This document shows positions 38,206-47,320 of a stretch of 64,000 nt of DNA, in pieces; within the stretch, counting starts at the first letter, position 1; each line of letters starts with the position of its first letter. Where the stretch lies: contig CAYPYS010000001.1 in the NCBI GenBank assembly GCA_964415355.1, forward strand, positions 145,733 through 209,732, read 5' to 3'. The notes beneath the pieces were generated by a model, which worked only from the letters and a program-made list of their open reading frames with translations, was not told where the DNA came from and ran no database searches. The stretch comes from an uncultured Planctomycetia bacterium. GTDB lineage: Bacteria > Omnitrophota > Gorgyraeia > Gorgyraeales > Gorgyraeaceae. The position numbers and the translations under genes were made by a program.

Positions 38206-38242
38206 TAACTTTACAATTTAACGTTGTTGAAATGTAAAGTTA
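38206..38242. repeat. 37-bp palindromic element, copy 22 (last in window)
   Basis: TAACTTTACAATTTAACGTTGTTGAAATGTAAAGTTA. Confidence 0.95.
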
Positions 38243-38247
38243 GGGCG

Positions 38248-39426
38248 TTAGCCGTAGGCCTCCAGCAATCTATCTTTGTTAAAATCCCAGGAAAGTTCTC
38301 CTTTTACTCTCTTGTAACCAGCCATCCCCATTTTATCCCTGCGTTTTTCGTCTTCCAGTAATTCGATGATCTTGTCGGCAAATTCCTGGATATTGTTAGG
38401 GGTCGCGTACAAAGCAGCGCTGCCTGCTAAATACTTTGATTCCTTTAAATCAAAACACACTATCGGCCGGGCCAGCGCCATATATTCCAATATCTTGTTC
38501 ATCGTGGAATTGTCATTGAACGGATTTTTAGGGTCGGCCGCAACGCACAAATCAGACGTGGAAAGATTTTTTAACAACCTCTCCCCGGACATCCTGCCAG
38601 TAAAAAAGACTGAACCGTTGAGCTTTAATTCTCTCTTCAACCTACGCAGGTCTTCGAACGAATCGCCGCTTCCTATTATGTTGAATAAAATGTCATCACG
38701 CTTATATCTGTTTATTATTATATCTATCGCGAGCAATAAATAATCGACTCCGTCCTGAGGAGCCGTAATCCCAAGATAAGTGACAAGAAATTTTTTTCCT
38801 TTTTTCAGGCTCTTATCCGGGGAAACCTTTTTAAATCTATCCAGATCGATACCGCTTCTCACGATAGACACCTTATCCGGAGCCAGTCTCCCCCTTGCGA
38901 TAGCAATATTCCTGTAAGAATTATTCGTGACAATGACCTTATCAGCTGTCTTGTATGTAAGATACTCTAAAATCAAGAGCAGCGAATAAAGAAAGTCTTT
39001 GCCTCGGCCTTCATATTTAGCCAGATATAACTCGGGGCATATGTCGTGCTGGTCAAAATAAAATTTCCTGCCAAAAATCTTATAAAACAAACCTGCGACA
39101 AAAAATATATCCGGTGGATTGCACGCATGAATAGCGTCAAAATTATGCCTGACAAAAACCCACAGGCTCAATATAAAGGTAATAATAAAACTGTATAGGT
39201 ACTCGAATATATGGCCAAATATCCCTTTAACACGAAAAGGCAGCATGCTATATCTATAGATATTTACGCCTTCCAATGACTCAAAGCCCTTCTCTTCTTT
39301 GAAACGAGGGCATATAACAGTCACACGTTTCCCGTTGTTTTTCAGCGCCTTGGCTTCAAGCCATACGCGCCTGTCAAAGGGAACTGAAAGATTTTGCACT
39401 AATATCAACACCTTATCGACTGCCAT
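38248..39426 (-). CDS. glycosyltransferase family 4
   Basis: PFDRRVW.EA, HACNPPD, STMNKILEYMA. Confidence 0.9.
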   Translation of the reverse strand: MAVDKVLILVQNLSVPFDRRVWLEAKALKNNGKRVTVICPRFKEEKGFESLEGVNIYRYSMLPFRVKGIFGHIFEYLYSFIITFILSLWVFVRHNFDAIHACNPPDIFFVAGLFYKIFGRKFYFDQHDICPELYLAKYEGRGKDFLYSLLLILEYLTYKTADKVIVTNNSYRNIAIARGRLAPDKVSIVRSGIDLDRFKKVSPDKSLKKGKKFLVTYLGITAPQDGVDYLLLAIDIIINRYKRDDILFNIIGSGDSFEDLRRLKRELKLNGSVFFTGRMSGERLLKNLSTSDLCVAADPKNPFNDNSTMNKILEYMALARPIVCFDLKESKYLAGSAALYATPNNIQEFADKIIELLEDEKRRDKMGMAGYKRVKGELSWDFNKDRLLEAYG

Positions 39427-39438
39427 GGCGTTCCTTCG

Positions 39439-40830
39439 TTAAATATTGCCTTTATTTACATATGAAATAAAGGGCCTGAATTTAACCGCGCTATTATCTA
39501 TAAGCGCATCTCTTCTGTCCAGGATCAATTCTGTCCCGGCTCCGAAATACTTCCTGACATTGGCCATTATCCTATTTTCATCCTTTTTGCAAAAACCATT
39601 GATTGGAACGAATTTCAGCCTTATTCTATCAAAATCCTCCTGTATAATCTGGGATTCTTTGATAGTATCTTGTAAACCCTGCAGGATGAAATAGACCTCT
39701 GATATGATCCTGCCGTCACGAAGCGTAAAAAAATCGGATAACCTGCCTTCTATCCTTTCTGCTACCTCGAACCTCCTGCCACACTCGCAATCCCTGCCAG
39801 AAAGTTGCACTATGTCTCCTGTGCGATATCGCAAAAGAGGCATCGCGTAATTATGTAAACCCGTTCCAACGAGCTCCAGCTTTCCTGATTCATCATCTAA
39901 AGGCAAAAACTCTGCGATTCCGTATTCCGGAACCACGTGATAGGCGCCCTGTTCGCACATATGTATAGCAGCCGCCCTTTCCGTGCTCCCATAATAATCG
40001 TATATCCTGGCATTAAAGACCTCCTCTATTAGATCCCTGTGTTCCGGCAGAAGTATTTCCGAAGAGGTAAATATTGCCTTGATTGAAGCGGCCCGCAAAG
40101 ATATGCCTTTCTCTTTTATAAATTTTGACAGGATATAAAGCGAGGACGCAACCGCCTCTATGGCCTTTGGCTTAAAATCCTCTATCGCCCTAACATAATC
40201 CAGCGTATTTTCTTTAGATATATGATACGCTGAAAGAAAAATTTTTCTTTCCGGAGCGCTGTATCTCCAGAAAGGCGCTTTTTTTACATTGAACGGCACC
40301 ACCTGCTCGTCCCTAAGCACAGCTATCCTGTCATAAGGACTTATACCTCCCCATTTTTTTTGTCTCCATAAAACAGCGTTTTCAAAATTTATTGAATACA
40401 GATCGCGATAAAATCTAAGCGGCTTCCCTGAAGTCCCGCTGGTAAAATCCCAGTTCAGAAATGCCTTATTGGCATTCCTGTCCAACAGGTCGTTGGAATA
40501 GTTGCGCACATCTTCCTTTGACAAAAGAGGCAGTTTTCTAAAATCGTCTATATTCCTTATATCATCCGGGGTTATTTTTAATTTTTTAAAAAGACTGCCG
40601 TAATAAGGGACGTTTTTATAAGCGTGCTGAATTAACAGATTAAGCTTTTTATCCTGCCATTCTCTGAGCTCTAAATCATTAAAATGCTGGGTCTTCTCGA
40701 GCTCGGAAGATATCTTCCTAAAGGCCCTGCCCTGCCGCAGTGAGCTATATAGTAAACCTCTTCCTGTTATAAAAAGATTCTGCAGTATTACCGGACTTCT
40801 TTTATAAATATTATTTTCTAACATAGCCAA
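39439..40830 (-). CDS. CapK/phenylacetate-CoA-ligase-like adenylating enzyme
   Basis: TSGTSGKP, YGSTE, MPLLRYRTGD, IEGR.SD. Confidence 0.85.
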   Translation of the reverse strand: MAMLENNIYKRSPVILQNLFITGRGLLYSSLRQGRAFRKISSELEKTQHFNDLELREWQDKKLNLLIQHAYKNVPYYGSLFKKLKITPDDIRNIDDFRKLPLLSKEDVRNYSNDLLDRNANKAFLNWDFTSGTSGKPLRFYRDLYSINFENAVLWRQKKWGGISPYDRIAVLRDEQVVPFNVKKAPFWRYSAPERKIFLSAYHISKENTLDYVRAIEDFKPKAIEAVASSLYILSKFIKEKGISLRAASIKAIFTSSEILLPEHRDLIEEVFNARIYDYYGSTERAAAIHMCEQGAYHVVPEYGIAEFLPLDDESGKLELVGTGLHNYAMPLLRYRTGDIVQLSGRDCECGRRFEVAERIEGRLSDFFTLRDGRIISEVYFILQGLQDTIKESQIIQEDFDRIRLKFVPINGFCKKDENRIMANVRKYFGAGTELILDRRDALIDNSAVKFRPFISYVNKGNI

Positions 40831-42355
40831 GATTATATCTATATTCCTTAGGTATAAATCTATCTAATTTTAAAAAAGATATAAATTCAAATATTATCCC
40901 TGTTTTCTTATTGGCAATATATATCAAGGGAACAGAGGCAATCAGCAATATTATCAACTTTACTATTAATTTTTTAATATCGGAAGACATGTCAAATGAA
41001 CTCGATATCACTATCTCATTAAAAACAAGCACTGAGCTTATATACAAAAGAGGCAGATATAGACCGGTTAGATAGCCCAGGCACTTAAAAGCATCTTTCA
41101 TATAATGGCTTGCCGCATATATAAAGATAACCGATCCTGTAAAAAAAGAAGCTAATAGAAAACCAGCGGCAGCTCCTATGATACCAAAGCCCATGTTTAT
41201 AAAAATCAGGCTGCTCGCAAATGCCGTGATAATACCGATAAAGTACGCCGGCACCAAAAATCTTTGTTTATTTACGGCGGTTATAAAAGAAAAGGCTGTC
41301 GGAGAAAAATAAGCTAAAAAATTAGCGACTAATATAATAAAAAATGCGGGGATAGATGCGGTATAGTCCGGCAAAAAATGTCTTATAAAGAATGCCGATA
41401 CTGTATAATAAACCGCCAATACGATGGGAAACAGCAAGGCCATTACCAGGCTAGGCTTAAATAAGTATTCCTTTAATTCTGAAATCTTGTGCGTCTCTCC
41501 GTATCTCTGATACATATAAGGTTCAAAAACCCTGTCTACGGACTCCTGGAAATACATTAAAAAACGCGCCGCAAGTATAGCAACGGAATAATATCCCAGA
41601 CTCGCTTTTCCCAACACCAGTAATACAATGATCCCCGTGACGCCTGCTATTGCTGTTTCTAAAAAATCTATGGACATAAGCGGAAAACCTATCTTTATCA
41701 ATCTGGATATTTCCCTGGTATTAAAACTCCATCCCAATCTATGGGGTGAACGAAACATAAGGTAAGTGATAGATACTAACGAAACCAATAAGGTAACTAT
41801 ATACACGCCGTATATCTTGAAAGCCGGGACAACAAGTATCGTCATAATCACGGCTAGAATAGAAAATATCATATTAGCCTTGCCTATGAAAAGAAACTTT
41901 TTCAACGCTAGGACCGCTGTCTGATAAAATTCATAGATAAAAAAGGTAAAGGAAAGAAAAGCGACGGTGACAAGCCCTGTTCTTTCAACCAGGGAAAGCC
42001 TGTTCCACAGGATAAGCGTAAAAATAATCAATGCGAATGAAAAAATGAAATTAACAACCAAACAAAAACTAAAAGCCGAATTCCTCGCGTCCTGCATGCC
42101 TTTCTCCGAGCGCATGCCTTTCTGATAAGATATTTCTCTGCCCATGGCCTCAATAGAGCCGAGATTGAGATAATAGCTAAAATTCAAGATTATATTTAAC
42201 GCCGACCATAATCCATATAAACCCGGACCCAGGATCTTCGCCCCCAGAAAGCCCCTTACGAAAAACATTATCCTCGCAACATAGCTGGAACCCGAGAAGA
42301 CCGACGCGTCTCTTAAGATATTCTGTCTGTTATTTGATTCATTCGTCACATTCAT
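40811..42355 (-). CDS. oligosaccharide flippase (Wzx family)
   Basis: Multi-TM, LGPGLYGLW, LGYYSVA. Confidence 0.8.
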   Translation of the reverse strand: MNVTNESNNRQNILRDASVFSGSSYVARIMFFVRGFLGAKILGPGLYGLWSALNIILNFSYYLNLGSIEAMGREISYQKGMRSEKGMQDARNSAFSFCLVVNFIFSFALIIFTLILWNRLSLVERTGLVTVAFLSFTFFIYEFYQTAVLALKKFLFIGKANMIFSILAVIMTILVVPAFKIYGVYIVTLLVSLVSITYLMFRSPHRLGWSFNTREISRLIKIGFPLMSIDFLETAIAGVTGIIVLLVLGKASLGYYSVAILAARFLMYFQESVDRVFEPYMYQRYGETHKISELKEYLFKPSLVMALLFPIVLAVYYTVSAFFIRHFLPDYTASIPAFFIILVANFLAYFSPTAFSFITAVNKQRFLVPAYFIGIITAFASSLIFINMGFGIIGAAAGFLLASFFTGSVIFIYAASHYMKDAFKCLGYLTGLYLPLLYISSVLVFNEIVISSSFDMSSDIKKLIVKLIILLIASVPLIYIANKKTGIIFEFISFLKLDRFIPKEYRYNLGYVRK

Positions 42356-42480
42356 TGAAGCTGCCTGTCTGTTTAAACTTTTTTAAAGTCTTGTATAAAA
42401 ATGTACAAAAAATATGCGGTATTGTTTTTAGTCTTACCTTTATTAATGGAACAAATTATCATAACCTCAGCCCAGATAAA

Positions 42481-43935
42481 TTAAATATGCGAAGCTGGAT
42501 CATCAAATCCGTCTGTTGGCGGCGGGAAATCCGGCGGACGCGTAGGCGGAATATAAGTCTCTGCGACCGGCGGTATGTATGTCTCCGCCACTGGTTTCTG
42601 TTTCGCCAGCACGCACATAATGTCGTCTTCTGTATACATCTCAAGAGGCGCGTACAACCTGTATGTTACTTTTACAGGAGAATCTATACTGGGGATCCTG
42701 CCCGTGTCTCCGTCGCCAAAATAGATACTCGCGTAATTTCCCGAATCCAGCCTGACCGTATAATCTTCGTCCAATGAAGAACTTTTTGTAAAATTATTTT
42801 TTCTGTTCCATTCTTCGAAGGTATCATCTTCCTGCACGTACACATGTAAATCGTATATTACAAAACCGGCGTTATTGAGTTCAAAACGCTGATTCTCCCT
42901 TCCATTGCTGCTGCCTACCATTTCATTGACCGGATTCTCATACAACACCATAGCAAGTTCTTCCCGGGTCAACATATCCTTGCGATCCGAACCTACGAAT
43001 ACATCTATACCTTGCCCCGAAAGGATCTCTGCTTCCAATAAATATCTCTCTTCCGGCTCAAGCAGAGCGAAATTTGACGGCAACTGATCTTCTAAATTCA
43101 TGCTCCTTATCAATAAATCCGCGAAATTTTCCTTCGTGAGAGGCTTTGATGGATTGTAAGCAAGCTTTAATTGACTGGTTATCATGGGATTTGAAAGAAG
43201 CGAGGCGGTCTCACATTCAGTAATAACCTCTTTTTCTTTGCCGTATATCTTATAAGACGCCTTCAATTTAGAGCCGGCAACTGGAACCCTGCCTTTATTA
43301 TTATCGCCAAACACAACCCTGGCATTATTGCAAGAGTCTAATTTCATGGCGTAGTGCTTATCAGTCGAAGAGCTTCCTTCGAGATTTCTCCTTCTCTCCC
43401 ATAACTCAAAGCCATCACCTTCGTCAACATAGACCTCCGCGCTATAAATAACAAGCTCGCTGTTTGAAAGTTCAAAATCCTGCTCAGCCAGCCCGGTCGA
43501 GTAACCAAGACCCTCTTCAATAGTCACGATCTGCAAGAGCCTGGCCAGTTCGTCTCTTGTAAGAAAATCCGAAGGATCAGTGCCCGCAAACACATCTATG
43601 CCTTTGTCTTTTAATAAGGTAGTCTCTATGATATAGCGCTTGTCATCTTCTATATCAGCTATACCCTGCGGGAGTTCATTGTCCAGCCTTAAGACCTGAA
43701 ACAAAATATCCACAAACAATAATTTTGTCACAGGTGCGTATTTTGCAGAGCCGCCTTCCCTGCAATGCCTCGCGGCCCTCAACAGAAATTCATTTACAGG
43801 TTCGCAGGGCCCTCTTTCAAGGCAGATAGCTCCCTCATTAGTTCTACATCTTATCCTGCACACATCTGCAGCTGACGCCTGCGTAGCAAAAAACATAACT
43901 CCAACAATCATAATAAGATAAATAATTTTTTTCAT
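42481..43935 (-). CDS. secreted protein with duplicated SLH-like and baseplate-like modules
   Basis: Signal peptide; internal duplication; TRDE/TREE/TKEN SLH-like motifs; FGD..G.P motifs; Pro-rich tail. Confidence 0.7.
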   Translation of the reverse strand: MKKIIYLIMIVGVMFFATQASAADVCRIRCRTNEGAICLERGPCEPVNEFLLRAARHCREGGSAKYAPVTKLLFVDILFQVLRLDNELPQGIADIEDDKRYIIETTLLKDKGIDVFAGTDPSDFLTRDELARLLQIVTIEEGLGYSTGLAEQDFELSNSELVIYSAEVYVDEGDGFELWERRRNLEGSSSTDKHYAMKLDSCNNARVVFGDNNKGRVPVAGSKLKASYKIYGKEKEVITECETASLLSNPMITSQLKLAYNPSKPLTKENFADLLIRSMNLEDQLPSNFALLEPEERYLLEAEILSGQGIDVFVGSDRKDMLTREELAMVLYENPVNEMVGSSNGRENQRFELNNAGFVIYDLHVYVQEDDTFEEWNRKNNFTKSSSLDEDYTVRLDSGNYASIYFGDGDTGRIPSIDSPVKVTYRLYAPLEMYTEDDIMCVLAKQKPVAETYIPPVAETYIPPTRPPDFPPPTDGFDDPASHI

Positions 43936-44028
43936 GACACCCTCCTAATTTTTAAGTTAATTAAAATCCTTTTATAACTATTATATTATTATATCAAAAA
44001 TAAGCCTATAAAACAATTGATTTTTGCC

Positions 44029-44592
44029 TCAATCCTTCAGATGCACATCTGCGTATATTGCTAACATTTCCTGTATTTTTCTAGGTGGCAAGATAACAAA
44101 ATAGTGGTCTATAATGCAATGAGCCATCTCGTGCGCCAGTATTCCTTCTTTTACGTCCCTTTCTGTAGTATAAATTGTATTTGTCTTGTAGATGTAAAAA
44201 GAGGCCGCTTTATTTGGCTCATTAAAAATCTCTTCGTACACAGCGTTCAGGCCATTTCTATTCTTATAGATCCTCACTGTAACATTTATCTTAGATGGAA
44301 ACATATCTAATATATCTTCCGTCCTGGCGAATATCGCGTCTAACTTCTCTGCCACAGTTTCCTCTATCGATAAAACCTCTTTTGTTCTGAATCTTCTGGG
44401 ATTATAGAAATCAGAAAATCTAAGATTAATGCGCCTGTTAACCGTCTTCAAGTTGACTCCTTCTTCGTAAAAAACAGTGCAAAATCTGCTTGAAAATACC
44501 TGCCATTCCGTATCATAGCAATATGCAACATCTATCAGAAGCATCATCAAGCAGCCGGCTATCAATAAAATTTGTAAAAATTTAATTCTCAT
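44029..44592 (-). CDS. small secreted HEXXH (zincin-like) protein
   Basis: Signal peptide, ILAHEMAH...QEMLA. Confidence 0.7.
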   Translation of the reverse strand: MRIKFLQILLIAGCLMMLLIDVAYCYDTEWQVFSSRFCTVFYEEGVNLKTVNRRINLRFSDFYNPRRFRTKEVLSIEETVAEKLDAIFARTEDILDMFPSKINVTVRIYKNRNGLNAVYEEIFNEPNKAASFYIYKTNTIYTTERDVKEGILAHEMAHCIIDHYFVILPPRKIQEMLAIYADVHLKD

Positions 44593-44608
44593 AAAATTAC
44601 TGTTTTAC

Positions 44609-44662
44609 TCACCCCATACTCTGTAGGGGAGCCTTAAGGCTCCCCTACAGAGTATGGGGTGA
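44609..44662. repeat. 54-bp perfect palindrome with RAYT REP core
   Basis: TCACCCCATACTCT-GTAGGGGAGCCTTAAGGCTCCCCTAC-AGAGTATGGGGTGA. Confidence 0.9.
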
Positions 44663-44678
44663 AAAATTTCAAACATGA

Positions 44679-45275
44679 CTAGCGTTTTATCTTGAAATGC
44701 CCCAGTGCCTTTTTCAGGTCTTTCTTGTCTTTCTTAAGCTCAGAAATGACCTTCTTTATGTCCTCCTTTAAAAGCAATTCATTGCTTGAGGAACCGGAAA
44801 GTTTTTCTATCAGATCGCCCAATTTGTCCGAAACATCGACTACCTTTAAAACCCCGCTATTAAGGTCATCTGTCATTTTATTAAAAGCGGTTACAAAATC
44901 TTGAAACTGATCCTTCTTTCTTATGCTTAGGTCCGAGGCTAGCTCTCCGGAGCCGACCTTTTCGACCTGCTTCTGAAACCTATACATAGGGCCCGCGACT
45001 CTATGCGTCATGAGAATCACTATGATAGAAGTAGCTACCGCGGTCAACACACCCACTATAATGCCTCCGAATAATAAACCTGGGATCAGGTAATCTGCCG
45101 TGCTCTTCACTACCAGCCTTGAATTCTCAAAAGACGTGGTGAGCGTCTTACTTGAAAGCGCATAAAGGATCAAGCCGAAAATAATGCACCCGAGCGCGAC
45201 TAGTGCGCAAAATTTCAATATAAATTCCGATTGGAATGCCTTGTTGATAAAATAGTTCCTTCGTCTGTATTTCAT
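44679..45275 (-). CDS. two-TM HAMP-domain protein without output domain
   Basis: RRRNYFI..FQ, two TMs, THRVAGPMYRF, RKKDQFQ..FN.M. Confidence 0.75.
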   Translation of the reverse strand: MKYRRRNYFINKAFQSEFILKFCALVALGCIIFGLILYALSSKTLTTSFENSRLVVKSTADYLIPGLLFGGIIVGVLTAVATSIIVILMTHRVAGPMYRFQKQVEKVGSGELASDLSIRKKDQFQDFVTAFNKMTDDLNSGVLKVVDVSDKLGDLIEKLSGSSSNELLLKEDIKKVISELKKDKKDLKKALGHFKIKR

Positions 45276-45285
45276 GATATCCTCC

Positions 45286-45849
45286 TTATTTACTTTCTGA
45301 CAACGCCTTTTTAAAAAGTTCTTCGTTAATCTTTACATTTGCTTTTTCTTTTAATTTTTCTATCCACGCATTCATTGCCTCTGTTTCCTTCTTTTGCCTG
45401 ATAGCCCTTCTTATATCTCTCTTTGTCCTTGAAAAAGGCGCTCTTTCTCCGGAATCCCTATAATATTCTTCTATTTCATTGTCATATACGTGCGAAAGGC
45501 CCGATATCTCCCTGCTTTTCCTTTCGAGCAGCAATTTCAATAGGGCCTGTTCCCAATAACTCTCGATGCTCTTCATAAAATCCTTTTCTCTGTCAAGGCC
45601 CAGACGCTGCGCCTCCTGCAGCAGGATCTCCTTTTCTATTAATCTGTCCAGATACTCCTTGCTCCTGCCTTCTTCTAAAAGTTCCGCTTCGTCGTAGGGC
45701 AGGTTTTTCAGCTCATGCCTGAAATCATCCACTGTCATATTATAATTATTTATCTTTGCCACTATCCGCTTGTCGCCTTCTTCCGTAGCACAAGAACATC
45801 CTGAAAGAATAAGAACGCTGACTAAAATACTAAAAAATACTCTCTTCAT
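45286..45849 (-). CDS. SurA-N/PpiC-like lipoprotein chaperone
   Basis: Lipobox LSGC, VAKINN..T..DF, LIEKEILLQEA..LGL, EIEEYY. Confidence 0.75.
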   Translation of the reverse strand: MKRVFFSILVSVLILSGCSCATEEGDKRIVAKINNYNMTVDDFRHELKNLPYDEAELLEEGRSKEYLDRLIEKEILLQEAQRLGLDREKDFMKSIESYWEQALLKLLLERKSREISGLSHVYDNEIEEYYRDSGERAPFSRTKRDIRRAIRQKKETEAMNAWIEKLKEKANVKINEELFKKALSESK

Positions 45850-45860
45850 AAGAGCCTCCG

Positions 45861-47309
45861 TTACTTTACGCCTGCTGAAAAAAGAACAGCAGGCACTGTC
45901 TTTAATAAAATTTTAAAATCCAACCCCAAAGACCAATTATCTATATATTCCAGGTCCATCCTCATCCATTTTTCAAAATCTACGCTATTCCTTCCGTTCG
46001 CCTGCCAGAAACATGTCAATCCCGGTTTCATGCTAAGGCGCCTCCTCTGCCATACTTCATATTTAGAAACCTCTGCAGGTATAGGAGGCCTGGGTCCGAC
46101 AATGGACATGTCGCCTTTTAGCACGTTGAAAAGCTGCGGCAATTCATCGAGGCTGCTCCGACGTAAAAACTTGCCGAATCCAGTGACGCGCGGATCATTG
46201 CGCATCTTAAATACGGGACCGTCCATTTCATTAAAAGAGTGAAGGGCGTCTTTTTTCTTTTCAGCCCCGTTTACCATAGTCCTGAATTTATACATTATAA
46301 ACTGCCTGCCGTTAAGCCCGCTTCTTGACTGCTTAAATATAACGGGATTCCCGTAAAACCATTTTATCGCAATAGCCAAAGCTGCAAAAATAGGGAACGC
46401 GGCAATTATGCCTACTACTGATAACATTATATCAAACAACCTCTTTAATAACAATTGCCATTCTTCGCCTATGGTTGTCTTGAACCCTAAGAGCGGAATG
46501 CCTTCTATATCGCCGGATGTCCAATGCGCTATCTTGGTATTAAAAAAATCTGTTGCCAGGCTGGCTTTTATCCCCCGGATCTCACACGCCAACAAGCTTT
46601 TCTCTATCATAGAAAGCCATTTTCTCGGAACTATAAATACCACTTCATCGATTACCTTCTCGCTAAGCAGCTCGGGTATGTCATCAAGGGTACCTATAAC
46701 CCTCTTTCCGCAAATAGTCCTTCCCAGCATATTCTTATCGGCGTCTATCAACCCGATGACCTTCAGCCCCCATTCATTATGTTTATCAATGAGTTTTATA
46801 AATTTCTTTGCCCTGCATCCCGTGCCTACCAATAAAACGTTCTTATAATTGTATCCCTTCTTTCTTAATGACCTCAGAAACGAAACAATGACCCAGCGTT
46901 CAATTATCAATAATAAAGCTGTTATCAAAAACGAAGTCAGCATTAAACTCCTGCTTACAAAACGAAATTTAAAAATAAACGCTATCGATGCAAAAATAAC
47001 CGTTACGAAGAAGCTGCTTTTTACGATCTCCCAAACGATCTCAAAAAAATGCTTTTTTCTAAAGGATTCATACAATCCCGAAGAGCTAAGGGCTGCCCAC
47101 CACACAAAAAGAACAACCGGCAATATATTCAAATAACTCGACAGAGGAGCTACCCGATCGAAGACCTGTTGCCCCGGGAACAAATCAAGCCTGTATAGTA
47201 TCTGTATATTCTGCCTGAACTTAAAGGCAGCGTAAAAGGACACGATTACTATAAATATGTCCAATATCATCAATAATTTTCTAAAAATCTTTTCTTTCTC
47301 TTTTATCAT
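45861..47309 (-). CDS. priming polyprenyl-phosphate glycosylphosphotransferase (WcaJ/WbaP type)
   Basis: KRLFDI, YKFRTM, DPRVT, SLDELPQLFNVLKGDMSIVGPRP. Confidence 0.95.
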   Translation of the reverse strand: MIKEKEKIFRKLLMILDIFIVIVSFYAAFKFRQNIQILYRLDLFPGQQVFDRVAPLSSYLNILPVVLFVWWAALSSSGLYESFRKKHFFEIVWEIVKSSFFVTVIFASIAFIFKFRFVSRSLMLTSFLITALLLIIERWVIVSFLRSLRKKGYNYKNVLLVGTGCRAKKFIKLIDKHNEWGLKVIGLIDADKNMLGRTICGKRVIGTLDDIPELLSEKVIDEVVFIVPRKWLSMIEKSLLACEIRGIKASLATDFFNTKIAHWTSGDIEGIPLLGFKTTIGEEWQLLLKRLFDIMLSVVGIIAAFPIFAALAIAIKWFYGNPVIFKQSRSGLNGRQFIMYKFRTMVNGAEKKKDALHSFNEMDGPVFKMRNDPRVTGFGKFLRRSSLDELPQLFNVLKGDMSIVGPRPPIPAEVSKYEVWQRRRLSMKPGLTCFWQANGRNSVDFEKWMRMDLEYIDNWSLGLDFKILLKTVPAVLFSAGVK

Positions 47310-47320
47310 GACTTTCCCTT

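Noticed and set aside
727-38242. 37-bp repeat as a CRISPR array (length fits; TGAAATGTAAAG resembles some type I-B repeat ends)
   Set aside because: Copies are separated by whole genes or by 2-6 bp, occur in both orientations, have no spacer-sized gaps, and no cas genes are present.
727-38242. 37-bp repeat as integron attC sites (YTAAC...GTTAG ends, TAA stop overlap)
   Set aside because: Shorter than known attC sites. The terminal AAC/GTT is not conserved (TAAG/CTTA alleles), orientation is mixed, the flanked genes are essential core genes, and there is no integrase.
727-38242. 37-bp repeat as an intrinsic terminator or DNA uptake sequence
   Set aside because: It has an AT-rich stem without a U-tract and often lies inside operons or between divergent genes. 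Uptake sequences are short and common inside CDSs, whereas this one is confined to gene boundaries.
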